A stretch of 64,000 nucleotides of DNA, taken from positions 62,001 through 126,000 of the forward strand of contig OZ025670.1 of NCBI GenBank assembly GCA_964019335.1. Direction: 5' to 3'. How positions within the stretch are numbered: the first letter of the stretch is position 1; each line of letters begins with the position of its first letter. The translations under genes were made by a program, and so were the position numbers. The notes beneath the pieces were generated by a model, which did not search any database, had not been told where the DNA came from, and worked only from the letters and a program-made list of their open reading frames with translations. Positions 22,385 through 35,081 of the stretch are shown here, one piece after another. This DNA is from Diplonema japonicum. Taxonomy: Eukaryota > Protista > Euglenozoa: Diplonemea.

Positions 22385-23379
22385 AATATAAATCTAAAAC
22401 TTTTTTTTTTTGAAAAACTAATTGGTTTTTCATTTCCTTCTTCCTCTCTGTTTTCTCTTAAGGTTTTTTTTTAAAATTATTTGACTGAATGAGCGCTAAG
22501 AAAGCTCTAGATTCCCCTCTTCTATTAATTCCGTTTTTGGAACATTTCTTCCACTTGAAGACTCTGGTATACTACTTTCAAAAAGGGTTGAGGGGAGTGG
22601 GAATTATTTTCTTTTCTTTTCTTTGACGACCCAGTGGCATCCTTGAGCCACCTATGGGGAGTTGCCTTTGGCAATCTATTATGGGTGCAAGCCCTGCTTG
22701 TGTCCCGAAGAGGACTAGTTCATTTTTGAAGGTTTTTTTTTTTTTTTGGTGGCCAATGGCAAACCATTTCCTGTTCTTCTTCTTCTTCTTTTTTTTTTTT
22801 TTTTTTTTTTTGCAAGAACTGGTCTTTGACTCGTCTAAACAAAAGGGGAACGTTGGCAACGTGTTTCGGGTTTACAAACTTCTCCAGGTTTTTACCCGGC
22901 ACGAACAACGGCCAGTTCTTCTTTTTTTCAAAGCATCGTCTCACAACGACCTCCCTTTTAACTTATAAATATTTTCTATCTTGTTTCATCTCTCATTTCC
23001 TCTTGCTTGGACCGAACCTTCGGCCAAGGCGTCCCCTTCCCCGTTCTGCCTCTCGTTTCTGTTCCGCCTTTCAAGTCCCCTGCAGCTCTGTGGGCCCTGC
23101 CCTTCGGAACTACTTGTGTTTTCTTGAAACACGACTTCTTACCTTCTGCCGTCTATCTCCTCCTTTGTTGTGTTTCCTTTGCATGGAAGATAAATTATTT
23201 AAGAAGACGGACCACGAATCATCCGTCCTGCGTTGACAGTGGTAACGACTCGTTCCGTTTCTTCTCTCCCTCTTCTATGCCGCTCTTGGGAGGCTTCTTC
23301 TTCTTCTTTTTTTTTTTTTATACTTCTTTGTTTTCATTATTCTGCTTGTTTGCTGCGTTAGGAAACCTGTTCAGGAGGA

Positions 23380-24852
23380 ACCTCCCTTTGTACTTTCCCA
23401 CCTGTCCTCATGAGGTTGTGAAGGAATGGCGGGAGGCGAGATGTGTGAAACCATGGCCTTGATCAGTCCCTTAGCTGCACGAGAACAGTGGTCTTCTCCT
23501 TGCAGGCAAATAGTGGAGCAACCTTTTTAGGAAACCATGGCAGGGCTTTTTACAGTGCCTTGCGAAATGGGCCGTAAGGTCTGCGAGAGTCATTTCCTCT
23601 ATTAGTACTTCTCTCTATTTATAGTCTCTACCAAGAATGATGACAACGAAGCACCCTCTCCGGTCTCCAGCAAAACCATGCGAGATACAGCGTTGCTTTT
23701 ATACCCCGTTACCCGTCTGACTTTTCTTCTTTCATTTGTTGCCCTGCATTTGTTTCTTTCCAAACCCCAACATGATGCACTTTAACATGCGTGTCTTTAA
23801 CCTGACCCTTTTGTGTTTGATGAATACCTTTAACTTTGGCTTGCTCTTTCTGATATGTTGAATAAGGCCCTCCATGGACAAAGCAACAGAGATGATTACA
23901 TATAAGCAGTCTCCCTCTTCGTGAATGGTTTTGACGAGAACCTGCTATTCGAACCTAATTACATTTTCCGATGATTTCTGTGCGAAAGAGAGAAATGGAT
24001 ACGGAAAATGAAAGAAATGTAGAAAAGAGCCATCAAATACCATTACTTCCTCTTCTCTGTAGTTAGTAAAGGGCCGCTTTGGTCACGAGATCATCATGGA
24101 TCCCACTCTGGACCCGTGTGAGAGTGAAGACAATGATGAGGAAGTGCACACCTCACCAGCTGGCCACACATCATGGCCTTGATTGGTCCCTTAGCTGCAC
24201 GAGAGCTGTGGTCCTCTCCTTGCAGGCAAATAGTGGAGCAACCTTTTTAGGAAACCATGGCAGGGCTTTTTACAGTGCCTTGCGAAATGGGCCGTAAGGT
24301 CTGCGAGAGTTATTTTCTGTATCTTTATCTTTTGTGCCAGTGACAAGAATGATGACAACGAAGCACCCTCTCCGGTCTCCAGCAAAACCATGCGAGATAC
24401 AGCGTTGCTTTTATACCCCGTTACCCGTCTGACTTTCTTCAGTTCCTGGTGCTTTATTGCCTCCCTTCCCAACAACATGATGACAAACCTTCACTTTAAC
24501 ATGCGTGTCTTTAACCTGACCTTTTGTGTTTGATGAAGACCTTTAACTTTGGCTTGCTCTTTCTGACATGTTGAATAAGGCCCTCCATGGACAAAACAAC
24601 AGAGATGATTACATATAAGCAGTCTCCCTCTTCGTGAATGGTTTTGACGAGAACCTGCTATTCGAACCTAATTACATTTTCTGATGATCCCAATGCTTTG
24701 ACCCTTCCCCTTCCCCAAGCAGCTGCTTGGCGCTCAGCTACAATATCGGCATAAGGTAGACAAAAAAAATACGCGAGAGCAACCTTTTTAGGAAACCATG
24801 GCAGGGCTTGTTACAGTGCCTTGCGAAATGGGCCGTAAGGTCTGCGAGAGTT
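23380..24852 (+). ncRNA. snoRNA array III (F-G'-A-B-C'-D-H-G-A-B-C-D-A)
   Basis: Same modules as in the other arrays. Confidence 0.82.
24605..24684 (+). ncRNA. Module D: box C/D-like snoRNA, target unassigned
   Basis: C box ATGATTA, D' GTGA, C' TTGACGA, D CTGA (CCGA in three copies). Copies at 15910, 23892, 24605, 55052, 59860. Confidence 0.65.
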
Positions 24853-24931
24853 CCACGAATAAGGAGTGGACGTCGTACCATGCGGAGTTTGATCTCTTTG
24901 ACTTTAATGTATATCACAGGACACTTCCAAC

Positions 24932-27900
24932 ATGTTACACGTCTTGTTCCATGCAGCTGTAGCGGTGACGTGCTGCGGCCCCACCCAGAGTGGCCCCTGC
25001 CCTTGTGCTGCGATGGACACGGTGATGGCATTTGCATGTGGCTGCGCCTCGTGTCCTCCTGGATGGGCAACTTGGACCTGTTCCACAAAATGTCAGTGCG
25101 TAGGGCAGCAGACCAGTGCCCAAGGTGTGTGCCAAGATGGCCCCAACGACATTGGTCAATGCTTATGCAGCCCAGGGTGGACCGAAGATGATTGCAACAA
25201 GCGTATCCCTTATATTACGAAGATGCAAGCTGACTCCACTCTCTTTTGTTCATACACGCTGCCTGGGAAGTATTTCTGCAGACACAAACCATACCCCTTC
25301 CAGCTTGCCATCAGCGGCGGGCATTTTGGTTCTGTTACTTCTGCAGTGAAGGTGTTTTTCATTCCTGAGGTTTATGTTGCACCTGTGAAACCCGACCCCG
25401 TGTGCAGCGTGGTGTCGAGCAACGACACGCACATCCTATGTGACATCACCTTCACGCACCCCTACCCCTCTGCCCGTGGGCATGTTTACAACGTCTTCGT
25501 TGAGGTGGGCGGAGTGTCTTCTAATTTCAATAAGAGCCACTTGTCATCCGACGTGCAGTCCTTCCTTGTCTTGGACAAGACCTCAACTGACACCGAGACA
25601 CTCACTCTCAGTCTGACCCCCTCTCTCACTCTCTCAGAGAGCGAGACCCACAGCCTCAGCTCGACGGAGTCACTCACTGAGACAAGGACGCAATCGCTCT
25701 CTATGACCCCTTCCCTCTCAGCAACACTCACGAACACTCTTTCGCTCAGCACCTCCAGTACAGGCACTGCAACCACAACGCCGTCGCTGAGTGAGACACT
25801 CTCTGCTACTGTCAGTGCAACAGCCACTGCGTCAGGTATTTAATAAAAACACACACTTGATGTCTTGAGGCACACACATCAACAGCATCGTCAACACCAA
25901 CTATTTCGGTAAGCAGCACCACCACTGTGACAAGTACCTTGACGCCCAGTACCACAGGCTCTCCCACAGTGACGGAGACAGTCACGCAGAGCACTTCGTT
26001 AAGCGCCACACTCAGTTTATCGGTATCTGAGACACCGTCTGTGTCCGCAACAGGCTCCATCACGGTGAAGGGCAGCGCCACGTGGAGCACAACACAGTCA
26101 GCAACTGGCACACGGTCCTACACGGGGTCGTTCACACCAACACCATCACCCACCGCCACCGGGACAGCCTCGCTCAGTGCTACGAGCAGCCTCACAGGGT
26201 CGGCGTCGAAAACTGTAACGCTGTCGGCTTCTGCCACAGCTTCGGTAACAAACACGCCACCCATCACACCCACCGAGTCGCACACCCACCCAATCACACC
26301 ATCCGGAACCCTTACAAGCTCAGTCTCATACACCACAAGTGTCACTGCCACCAAGACATCAAGCCCCACATGGACACACACACACACAAGCACAACAACA
26401 CCAACAATCACAGTGACACGCACCGCATCAGCCACCAGCACCTCAAGCAACACCGATGAGCTGACGGCCACTGTGTCTCTGTCGCCTACTGTGTCTGAAA
26501 CCCCAACAGGCACCATGACGCCGACTACAACCGCATCGATTAGTGAAACCCTGCTTAGGATACAGTGCCTGCCTTTGTGGCATCACCCACCGCACTGCAA
26601 CTGTGGCCCTTGGCACTCCGATGTTTGTGACTGCACCACTGCAACATGCACTTCCTGTCACGCAGGATGGTTCGGTCCTACGTGCACGTCAAGATGCCCT
26701 TCTTGTGTGAACGGGAAGTGTTCAGACGGCCCTGCAGGCACAGGGCAGTGTGTGTGTGATATGAAATGGCATGGCACGCTTTGCAACGTGCCAGAACCCG
26801 TGATAGCAGACATTGAACTGGAGGGCTGCTTCAGGGAAATCAAGCACGGCAACGAGCGTTACAACTGCAGGCACCCGCCGCCTTCTGTCACTATCATCGG
26901 AAGCAACTTCGCCCCCAAGTTCGAGAAAGTCACGGCCTCAGGAACAGAGCTATGCCGCAGGGAAGATGTATACGGTGCCTCGATGATTGTGTGTTTCGTA
27001 GACCCATTGGGGACAGGCAGGTACGATATACAGGTGGTGGTTGGAACGCAAGGCAACCAGCAGGTGGCGTCGGCACCAATAGAGGCTAACGTGTTCATCC
27101 CAACTGTGACAGAGACCTTCACCCTGAGCCATACCCCAAGCTTGACAAACACCATCATACCTGTGTGCGGCACAGGGCCGTGGAACGATGTGGATTGCAC
27201 GTGTGATGGGGCAGTCAACGGTGCTGTGTGCGGGCAGGGTCCCCTTCATAGTTACATTTGTGTCTCGGGCACCTGTAAAGCGTATCAGAAATGTGTACAT
27301 GGCGTGGTCATCAGAGGATGTTTGTGCACTGACGCACCCGATGGTGCCTTGTGTGACGATGCCATGGGCAGCACAGCCGATGATACGTGCAGCACGGGGA
27401 CATGTGCGGGCGTCCCGATATGCAACAAGGCTGCCAACATCACGTCGGGGTGCACGTGCACCAACGCCGCAAAGTACAGCACGTGCAACAGCAACTGGAT
27501 GTGCGATGGCAACGGGGCGTGCGCAGAGTATATTGAGGCTCTGGGCATCAGTGTCGCAGCTGACCCCCTGACCCCCATGTTCACGGTCCCGGTGCGCGTT
27601 ACATTTGTCACCAACGCTCTCCCTGCTGACGACGTGTCGGTCGTTGTCAACATCGCTAGCACCGGTGTGCAGGGGGTGCCGGGCTGCACCAGCGTCATAA
27701 CAGGAAACGGGCATACCATCTTAACATGCCATAAAGGAGACCTCTCTAAGGGCCACGTGGAAACCTTTTTATTGTACATCTCTGCTGCCCCCAACAGCCC
27801 GGTCGACATTACTGTTGTAGCTTCTCTGCACTCGTTGTCCGTTAACAAGCGAGAAGCACGCCACGAGGCTGTAACTACAGCCCACTTGCCGTTGGCCGAC

Positions 27901-28521
27901 CTGCAGCTGAGGGCGTTTTCACTACCTGTGGCGATCGGTAGTGCAGTGCCTTCTATTTTTGGGTTCGAAGTACTGAATCTGGGGCCTGCAGCAGCTGAAG
28001 ACACGACGGTAACGATGACGGTGAAAGGATCTACGCCGTCTGTGGGCGTTACTATGTTCTCTGGGGGTCTGTTGCATGCTGGAGGAACGTATGGTAGCAA
28101 CTTGACTGTTTTGATGCAGACCAAAGCGACTGTGCTCAGCTTGGTGCTAGAGTTCAAGGTGTCGTCAAGCACTGCAGACCCCAACAAAGCAGCAGACGTG
28201 GTTCTTAGTTACGGTCCGGTGCACCTGCCACCTTTAGTCTCGCGGCATGTAAGATGGCCACTTGCAAAAGAAGCCTTTCACCCCCTTCCCGATCCTGCTG
28301 CTAGATCGATGTCTCTATGGCCTCTTCTTTTTTACGTAGTGCTTCTGCTTGCATCCGTGTGGGTTGTGACTGCCCATCGTGCCCCTAAGATGACCGAGGC
28401 ACGACTCCTTGCACACACAACCTGGAATCTCCCTGTCTTCCTGGCACCGCAGCCCCTTCCCTCTCTCGATCGATTAGATGGCGGCTCGGCTAATTCCCGG
28501 GGCTCGGATTACCTATACTAA
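24932..28521 (+). CDS. Large surface protein: EGF-like, Ig/IPT-like, Ser/Thr mucin stalk, DUF11-like domain, C-terminal TM
   Basis: EGF-like C.C..GW.G..C repeats; TLT/TPS-rich stalk; EVLNLGPAAAEDTTVT motif; intron 25836-25885 joins the two ORFs in frame. Confidence 0.75.
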
Positions 28522-28772
28522 CTTAGTTACCTATTTTCCATTTACTAGTATGCAGGCAGCTATGCCTTTTCCCTTCCTTCGTATGTCGGTAGTTCTGCCT
28601 TTCTTACGTTGTGTGCTTAGTCTTTACTACCCTTTAGATGACGTATTTATTTTATTATTCTTATTATTATTATTTTTGTCTGAGTTAACTCACCGTTGCC
28701 GTCATCCAGGCACGGATGTGGTGCTGGTGTGGAGGACGTGAGAAGGCAGCCGGGGGTGAAAGATGCCCTTTT

Positions 28773-29684
28773 ATGGGAGATGAAGGGAACCAGCTAATAA
28801 GGAAGATTGAAGACCAAAACGCGAGCGCGCCTGTGGTGGTGGCCAGTTTCGCGTATCTGAAGATAAGCGACGAAGCGATTGAATGGATTGCGAACAGTGC
28901 GGGGCGGTCCAATGTGCTGACAAGGTTGTTTTTGGAGCACAACCTGATAGGGGGGGAGGGGGGGGCCATGTTGGCCAGATTGTTACACACAAACCCTCCA
29001 CTTCAGGAGCTGCACTTGGGGTCCAACTGCGTCGACGCAACTGGTGTGGTAGCATTGGCAGAGGCGCTGAAGGTGAACACCAACCTGCGGTCGCTGTCTT
29101 TAGCTAAAAATGATTTCACGGATGAATCTGCAGCACAGCTCGCCACCTCACTGGCAGGGAACACGTCCATCACCCACTTGGATCTCTCTGATAACGCGCT
29201 TGGTATTGGCGATCTGACCGTGGCCGCCTTTGGGACCAGTCTCGTTATGAATGAAACACTCGAAACTTTGGACCTATTCGGCGGGTCTATCACCGACACA
29301 GTAGGGCACCACCTGTCCCAAATACTGACCTCCAACACAGCTCTTAAATCACTTAACCTCGGTTGCAACCAATTGGGCGACACCGCTGGAATAAGCATTG
29401 CCGAGGCTCTCTCCAACAACGCATCCCTTACACAGCTGTTGCTGACGGAGAATCTCATAGGCGATGAATCTGCCCTGGCTCTTGTTAGAAGCCTATCATC
29501 GAATGGCACGTTGACGTGTCTTAATCTTGGGATGAACAAGCTGACCGAGCAGGGGGTCGGGGTGTTGGATTCCTTCAGAGTCAAGTCCCTCAAAGAGGGC
29601 CTCAACACTGTGAAGTACCTCAACCTTTATGACAACCCAGGCACAGGGTTGTACTACGCTAACGTCTGGGCCACGAACGAGTGA
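28773..29684 (+). CDS. Ribonuclease-inhibitor-type (NLRC3-like) leucine-rich repeat protein
   Basis: About nine 28-residue repeats of the form N..L..L.L..N.I...G...LA..L. Confidence 0.85.
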   Translation: MGDEGNQLIRKIEDQNASAPVVVASFAYLKISDEAIEWIANSAGRSNVLTRLFLEHNLIGGEGGAMLARLLHTNPPLQELHLGSNCVDATGVVALAEALKVNTNLRSLSLAKNDFTDESAAQLATSLAGNTSITHLDLSDNALGIGDLTVAAFGTSLVMNETLETLDLFGGSITDTVGHHLSQILTSNTALKSLNLGCNQLGDTAGISIAEALSNNASLTQLLLTENLIGDESALALVRSLSSNGTLTCLNLGMNKLTEQGVGVLDSFRVKSLKEGLNTVKYLNLYDNPGTGLYYANVWATNE

Positions 29685-30008
29685 GAGTACTTTGTTTTTA
29701 TCCTTCCTTGCACCGTTACCATCACATCACAGGGTGTAATATGTTCGGCATCGCTGCACCCTCCGCAGCGGCGGCGTCAGCACCCCTGGCACGGGCCCTC
29801 TCCAAACCCACTTGGAAGCCCACAGCAACAGTCCGCAATGTATGTGCACACTCATAAGGGGGGATACAGCATTTGAAGAAGGAAGAAAGCAAACTTTTGA
29901 TTCTCATCTGGCGCTCTTGCAAAGGTTGGGAAATACAAGGGTCTACCTTAAGCGTTTGAGAAACTGAGGGGACCAAATTAGAGAAAATCTAGTAGCATAC
30001 GCATACAA

Positions 30009-30523
30009 GAGCAACCTTTTTAGGAAACCATGGCAGGGCTTTTTACAGTGCCTTGCGAAATGGGCCGTAAGGTCTGCGAGAGTTAATTCCTCTTTTTTTT
30101 TTTTTTTTTTCCTTTTTTTTTTTTGTCTTGACGTTTAAAAGAATGATGACAACGAAGCACCCTCTCCGGTCTCCAGCAAAACCATGCGAGATACAGCGTT
30201 GCTTTTATACCCCGTTACCCGTCTGACTTTCTCAATCTATGCCCCTCCCCATGTTTTTGTTGCTCCTTTGAAAGCATGCCCTGGCTGCCTATTAGCCCAC
30301 TTCCCAACAACATGATGACAAACCTTCACTTTAACATGCGTGTCTTTAACCTGACCTTTTGTGTTTGATGAATACCTTTAACTTTGGCTTGCTCTTTCTG
30401 ATATGTTGGAAAAAAAAAAAGAAAAAAGGGAAAATATAAATGAAAACGAGCAACCTTTTTAGGAAACCATGGCAGGGCTTGTTACAGTGCCTTGCGAAAT
30501 GGGCCGTAAGGTCTGCGAGAGTT
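30009..30523 (+). ncRNA. snoRNA array IV (A-B-C-A)
   Basis: Same modules; spacers shared with array V. Confidence 0.82.
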
Positions 30524-30557
30524 ATTTCCTCTCATCACCCGCCTGACTTGAATCCTA

Positions 30558-30600
<43 letters not shown>

Positions 30601-30618
30601 CCAACTCCACTCCCACAG

Positions 30619-30828
30619 ATGTGGTACCCCCACAAAACTCTCTCAACTACCAACCGGGTCAACGGGATCGTGTGCAAAAGGGGTCTCCCCTACTGGAAGG
30701 GGCGTGCCAGCATCAACTACAGCGCACAGTTCGGTGTCTCAACTGGTCTATCTAACAATTTAATAGTGGGCCTCATCTACTCAAACTCTCCCGGGCAGAC
30801 CTGGACCTACTCGGGACCCGACGAATAG
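30619..30828 (+). CDS. Possible small protein or orphan exon (69 aa)
   Basis: C-rich coding-like codons directly after a long T tract and CACAG acceptor; no recognised motif. Confidence 0.3.
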   Translation: MWYPHKTLSTTNRVNGIVCKRGLPYWKGRASINYSAQFGVSTGLSNNLIVGLIYSNSPGQTWTYSGPDE

Positions 30829-30942
30829 GCTATTGGAGCAGTGTTTTATGTTTCATTTCTTTTTTTTTTTAATCCCCTCCCTTCACGGAATAATAATAAA
30901 AAAAGGGTGGTGAAAAGAGGAGAAAAAAAAAATATTAAAAAA

Positions 30943-31950
30943 ATGAAGAGTTTTCTGCCGTTGCTGGTGTTGGTTGGTGCTGCAGCGGGGGCGACAGTGG
31001 ATAGTTGTGGTGGGTGCAAACCGTGGATGGTATTTTTTATTTATTTATTTATTTTTTTTTTTAAGTCACATCCCCTTTCATTTTTTATCCCACAGAACGA
31101 CTGTAAGATAGATGACAGCATAGATATTAGATTCGCAGTGGGTGCCATAGAGACGTGCACGGGCAGCGCTGCCGCCAGCGACTGCGGGACGAACAATGGC
31201 ACGAAGTACCAGTGCAGCAACACAAACGGGTGTGTCGGGTACAAGACACACTTCTTCTGCGGCAAGGTGGACCAGTTCACCTCTGTTGAGCTGAAGGACA
31301 GCGCGACCTACATGGAAGGAGCAGTCCCGGAGACAGATGGGAACTATTCAGGATATTTGGACATTGTGCAGATAGGAGCTGGAAAGCTGGGCAACGACCC
31401 AGAAACCAAGGTCATCCCGGAGAGGGAACAAAGCAGCAGAATCCCCGTGTATCAAAAATCGGTATGTGAGAAAGAGGGGGAACAATAACAACAACAACAA
31501 CAACACAGCATCCTAAATGCAACGATGGCCCTGCAATAGCGAACTTCCTCGTCTACAACGTGACGATGACAAGAGGGAAGTACGAGTACAAGAACAACGA
31601 CCCTACCGGCAATGGCTTTGTTAACACTTGTGATGGTGACAGGTGTGACTTTGTCTCCAACTCTGTCTGCATCAAGGGGGCAGAGGGCAAGTACAACAAT
31701 TGCGGGCAGTGCCTCAACCCCACTTACAACAACGGTGACAACGCCAACGACATCCGTGTGCTCATCACCTACTACGGCACAGACAAGAGCAACAATGTTC
31801 TTCTCTCTGGTTCGTCAAACCCAATGAACTTCCGACAGTTCGCCCTTGACAACGTGGCCTCCACCATTGGGAATGTATGTGATTTTTTTTTTCTTAAGTC
31901 TAAAGTAAATAAATTCCATACAGGATTTCAACAACATCAAGTTCCCGTAG
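30943..31950 (+). CDS. Secreted Cys-rich hypothetical protein
   Basis: Signal peptide MKSFLPLLVLVGAAAG; introns 31030-31095, 31462-31508 and 31875-31923 give a continuous frame to TAG 31948-31950. Confidence 0.75.
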
Positions 31951-32784
31951 TTGTCCGAAAGGGGGGGGGGGGGGGGGGGTAAGTGGTTGCTTTCTCAATC
32001 CTTCCTTTTCTTTTTTTTTTCGAAAAAAAAAAACGTAAACATGCCTTGTGCGGGGTGTTAATTATGTTATTTCATTTTTTTTTGGAGAAATTAAAAAAAA
32101 AAAAATACATCCGGTCTCAGTTTTGTTCATTTTTTCTCGTTTTTTTTCTTTGTTCAAGGTGGTGGGGATAACATGAAAATATAAGAAAAACATCAGATGT
32201 GTTGTTCGCTGTTGACCTCCTCGTCGGTCATCACCGGTAGCGCCCGAGTGGAAGAACATAATGCAGATGCTCAGGGTGACGAACAGGCAGCAAACTGCAC
32301 GCAGAATCTTGGTTACCCGGGACGCACCGGCTGGGGTTGAGCTGTACACCGCACGCATTAAGGACACGACGCGGAACGCAGAAGAAGCTACAACTCGGTC
32401 GTGGTGCGCCCCCATAATCAAGTAGACAGTTCTTGTGCAGGGCGCCGCCAACACCGGCCTCCTTTAACTCATATATTTGTTTTTCTTTTCTCTTTTTCGA
32501 ACTAGATGTGTGAGTTATTCATGTTTCCTCTAGTGTCGGTATGGCTGAGGGAGGGTAAGGAGAAGGGTAGCCCTTTGCCTTGCCTTGCCTTGCTTTGCTT
32601 TGCCGCCGAGTCTGTACCTATAAAAAAAAAAAAAAATTGGGGTGTTCTTTGCTGTCTTGTCTTTTTCTTTTTGTCTTTCTTCCTTTTTGTGCTTCTTTCC
32701 CATTTTTGCTTCTTCAAAAAAAAAAGTGTTTTTTATAAAAAACCTCCCTCATCCCACTGCTACCCTGCATGCCACAGGACTTCG

Positions 32785-34968
32785 ATGCCAGGAATCCCCG
32801 CCACCTCGGACCAGATGCAGCTGGGTGGGGAACTGCCTTACATGGCGGAAGAAGAGTTGGAGGAGTTTATCAGCTTGAACCCTGAGCTAAGACTGAGCCC
32901 CGAGGAGATGCTGTACTTGAAGGCGAAGAGGAAGAAGCTCAGCATCCAGCGAAGGAGGGATGGATGCCCTGCCACGGGTGCCCCTCTTGTGAAGCTAGTG
33001 GCCGTGGGCGACGACAGCGTGGCCACAAAAGAAACTAATCTGCAGCTCTTTCTCCTGCAGGACCTTACTGAGGATGCTGCGTCCCTTGCAAAGCGTACGC
33101 CCTGTGCCATCGGCAACAGGAAGGTCACGTTCTCAGACCAACACAACACAACCCGCCACCACGACATCGAGGTCTGGGCACCTCCTTGCAACGAGGGGTC
33201 CCTCACCCTGCGCAAGCTGTTCTACGGTTCTGCATCTGTCGTCCTCGTCTTCTTCAGCGTCTCTGACAGGACGTCCTTCCACAACACACGCACCGTGTGG
33301 CTCCCAGAGCTGCAAGCCCATCTGGCTCAGGTATGGCATCTTAACATCTTAACACCCAACATCAGGACACGCCAGTGGTCATTGTCGGCAACGACGCAGA
33401 GGTGCGTCATGCCGCCACCCCCCCGCCGCATTTGGTATGTCCTTTCAGTTTTAGCCTAATGCACCCACAAGGTCTCGCCCGAGGAGGCGGTTGCCCTCGC
33501 GCAGGAGTTCGGTGCTGCAAAGTACATCGAGGTCTTCTCCAACAACTTCTACCACATCAACGAAGTGGTGCAGCAGTCTCTCAAGGTCCTGAGCTCCATG
33601 CCACAGTGGGGCGCAGTCGACCCTGCGCAGGCTGAGGATGACGAGGCTTGCCGTGCGTACTTGACGGTGCCCGACCCTGTGGGCTACTTCGACCTCATGA
33701 ACCGCACTTTCACCATCAAGGCGGAGCCCGGCACCAAGTACTACGTGTCGCTCTCCGACGCGGAGCCCACAATGGCTGGCATGGAGGTCACGGGGCCTAT
33801 CAAGTTCAGCAAGCCCTACCCAGATGTGGTGCGTGTAAAGGGCTTCAAGAGGTGCTGGTACCCCTCGGCAACTCTTGTGCTCCCTGTACCTGAGGAGACA
33901 GCACCGCCAAAGGGATACTTCGACGTCCTGCGCAGAGGCTTCTTTGTGCACGGCATGCAGCAAGGCTCCAGAGTCCACTACGCGACAGATGGCTCGAAGC
34001 CTACAACAGACAGCCCACTGCTGCACCTCACACAAGGACTGTTGTTCGACTCCGGTCCGCCGCTGGCAGCAACTGGACCCACCTGCGACGGGATCCCCGA
34101 CGAGATTTCATTAGTGGCTGTCGAAGAAGGCAAGTTTCGATCGAAGGTGGTCAGCTTAACACCACCGCCCATGCTGGCTACACCTAAGGTTGTCTACTCG
34201 GAGTCAGATGGCGTTATGCACATACCGTCGCAGCAGCCGCATGTGGAGTACAGGTACACCCTCAACGGGGCCATACCTGCATGTGACAGCATGCTGTACA
34301 CAGGACCCGTGATGCTGCCCAGGGAGCAGAGTGCGTACAGAATACGCGTTGCGGCTTTCCCGAAGCTCTCGTTTCCCAGCAGGGTGGTAGACGTGATGGT
34401 GAACAACAAGGGGGAGCGTGAGCACCACGGGGGGAACGCGCCCACAGTTGCAATGACGAAGTCTGCGAGAGCGAGGATAAGTAGGAACAGCCAGAGGGTA
34501 CCGCTTAACCAGGGACAAGGGCACGGAGCGATGAAGAGAAGTGGGTCAGGGCAGTCAAGAACCTCATCGAGAAGTAATAGCAACAGGAGAAGGAGGAGCA
34601 GCGGGGGGACGGCTGCAAGCAGCGAAACTACGGACTCAGTAGTCACATGCTCGACAAGGAACAACGCACTTGATTTCGACTTCGAGGAACCCATAGCCAT
34701 CACCCACCTCACAGTGGCAACACCAGGCGGCGGTCGGGGCCCCACGGGGTACTCTATCCTTGTCAAAGAGAAGGCCCGCACCTCCTACACAGAAGTCGGC
34801 AGCGGGCGCCTCTCTGATCTCAACGGCATCCAAGTCATGCACGTCGACAACGCATGCAAAAGCCTCCAAGCTGTTAAAGTGCAAGTGAATTTCACGAAGC
34901 CCCACGGCGGCCTCTTCAGGATCAACAACGTGCAAATACACGGCAAGCCTGCCGTTCCCTGCCCGTGA
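32785..34968 (+). CDS. Degenerate Rho-like GTPase domain fused to Fn3-associated (CHB_HEX_C-like) repeats
   Basis: VKLVAVGD, VLVFFSVSDRTSF...WLPEL, PVVIVGN, AAKYIE; YATDGSKPT and YTLNGAIP motifs; introns 33331-33365 and 33435-33471 join three ORFs. Confidence 0.72.
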
Positions 34969-35081
34969 CGTAGAACATATTTTAGATTATTGTTAGATTA
35001 TTGTTATTCCTTTTTCGTTGAGTTACTCTACATTTCATTTTCTCTTTTTGTACGCAAAGACCGTATTGACATATCAGGCAA

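Noticed and set aside
24681-24720. CTGATGA as a hammerhead ribozyme core (also 15986)
   Set aside because: No stem II followed by GAAA; it is the D box plus flank.
18606-24852. Module A recurring with variable spacers, resembling a CRISPR array
   Set aside because: The 76-nt unit is too long, the spacers are themselves repeated snoRNA modules, there are no cas genes, and the context is eukaryotic.
32062-32454. Minus-strand 130-aa ORF over a GC-richer island
   Set aside because: No recognisable motif, no ATG start, opposite to cluster orientation; insufficient support.
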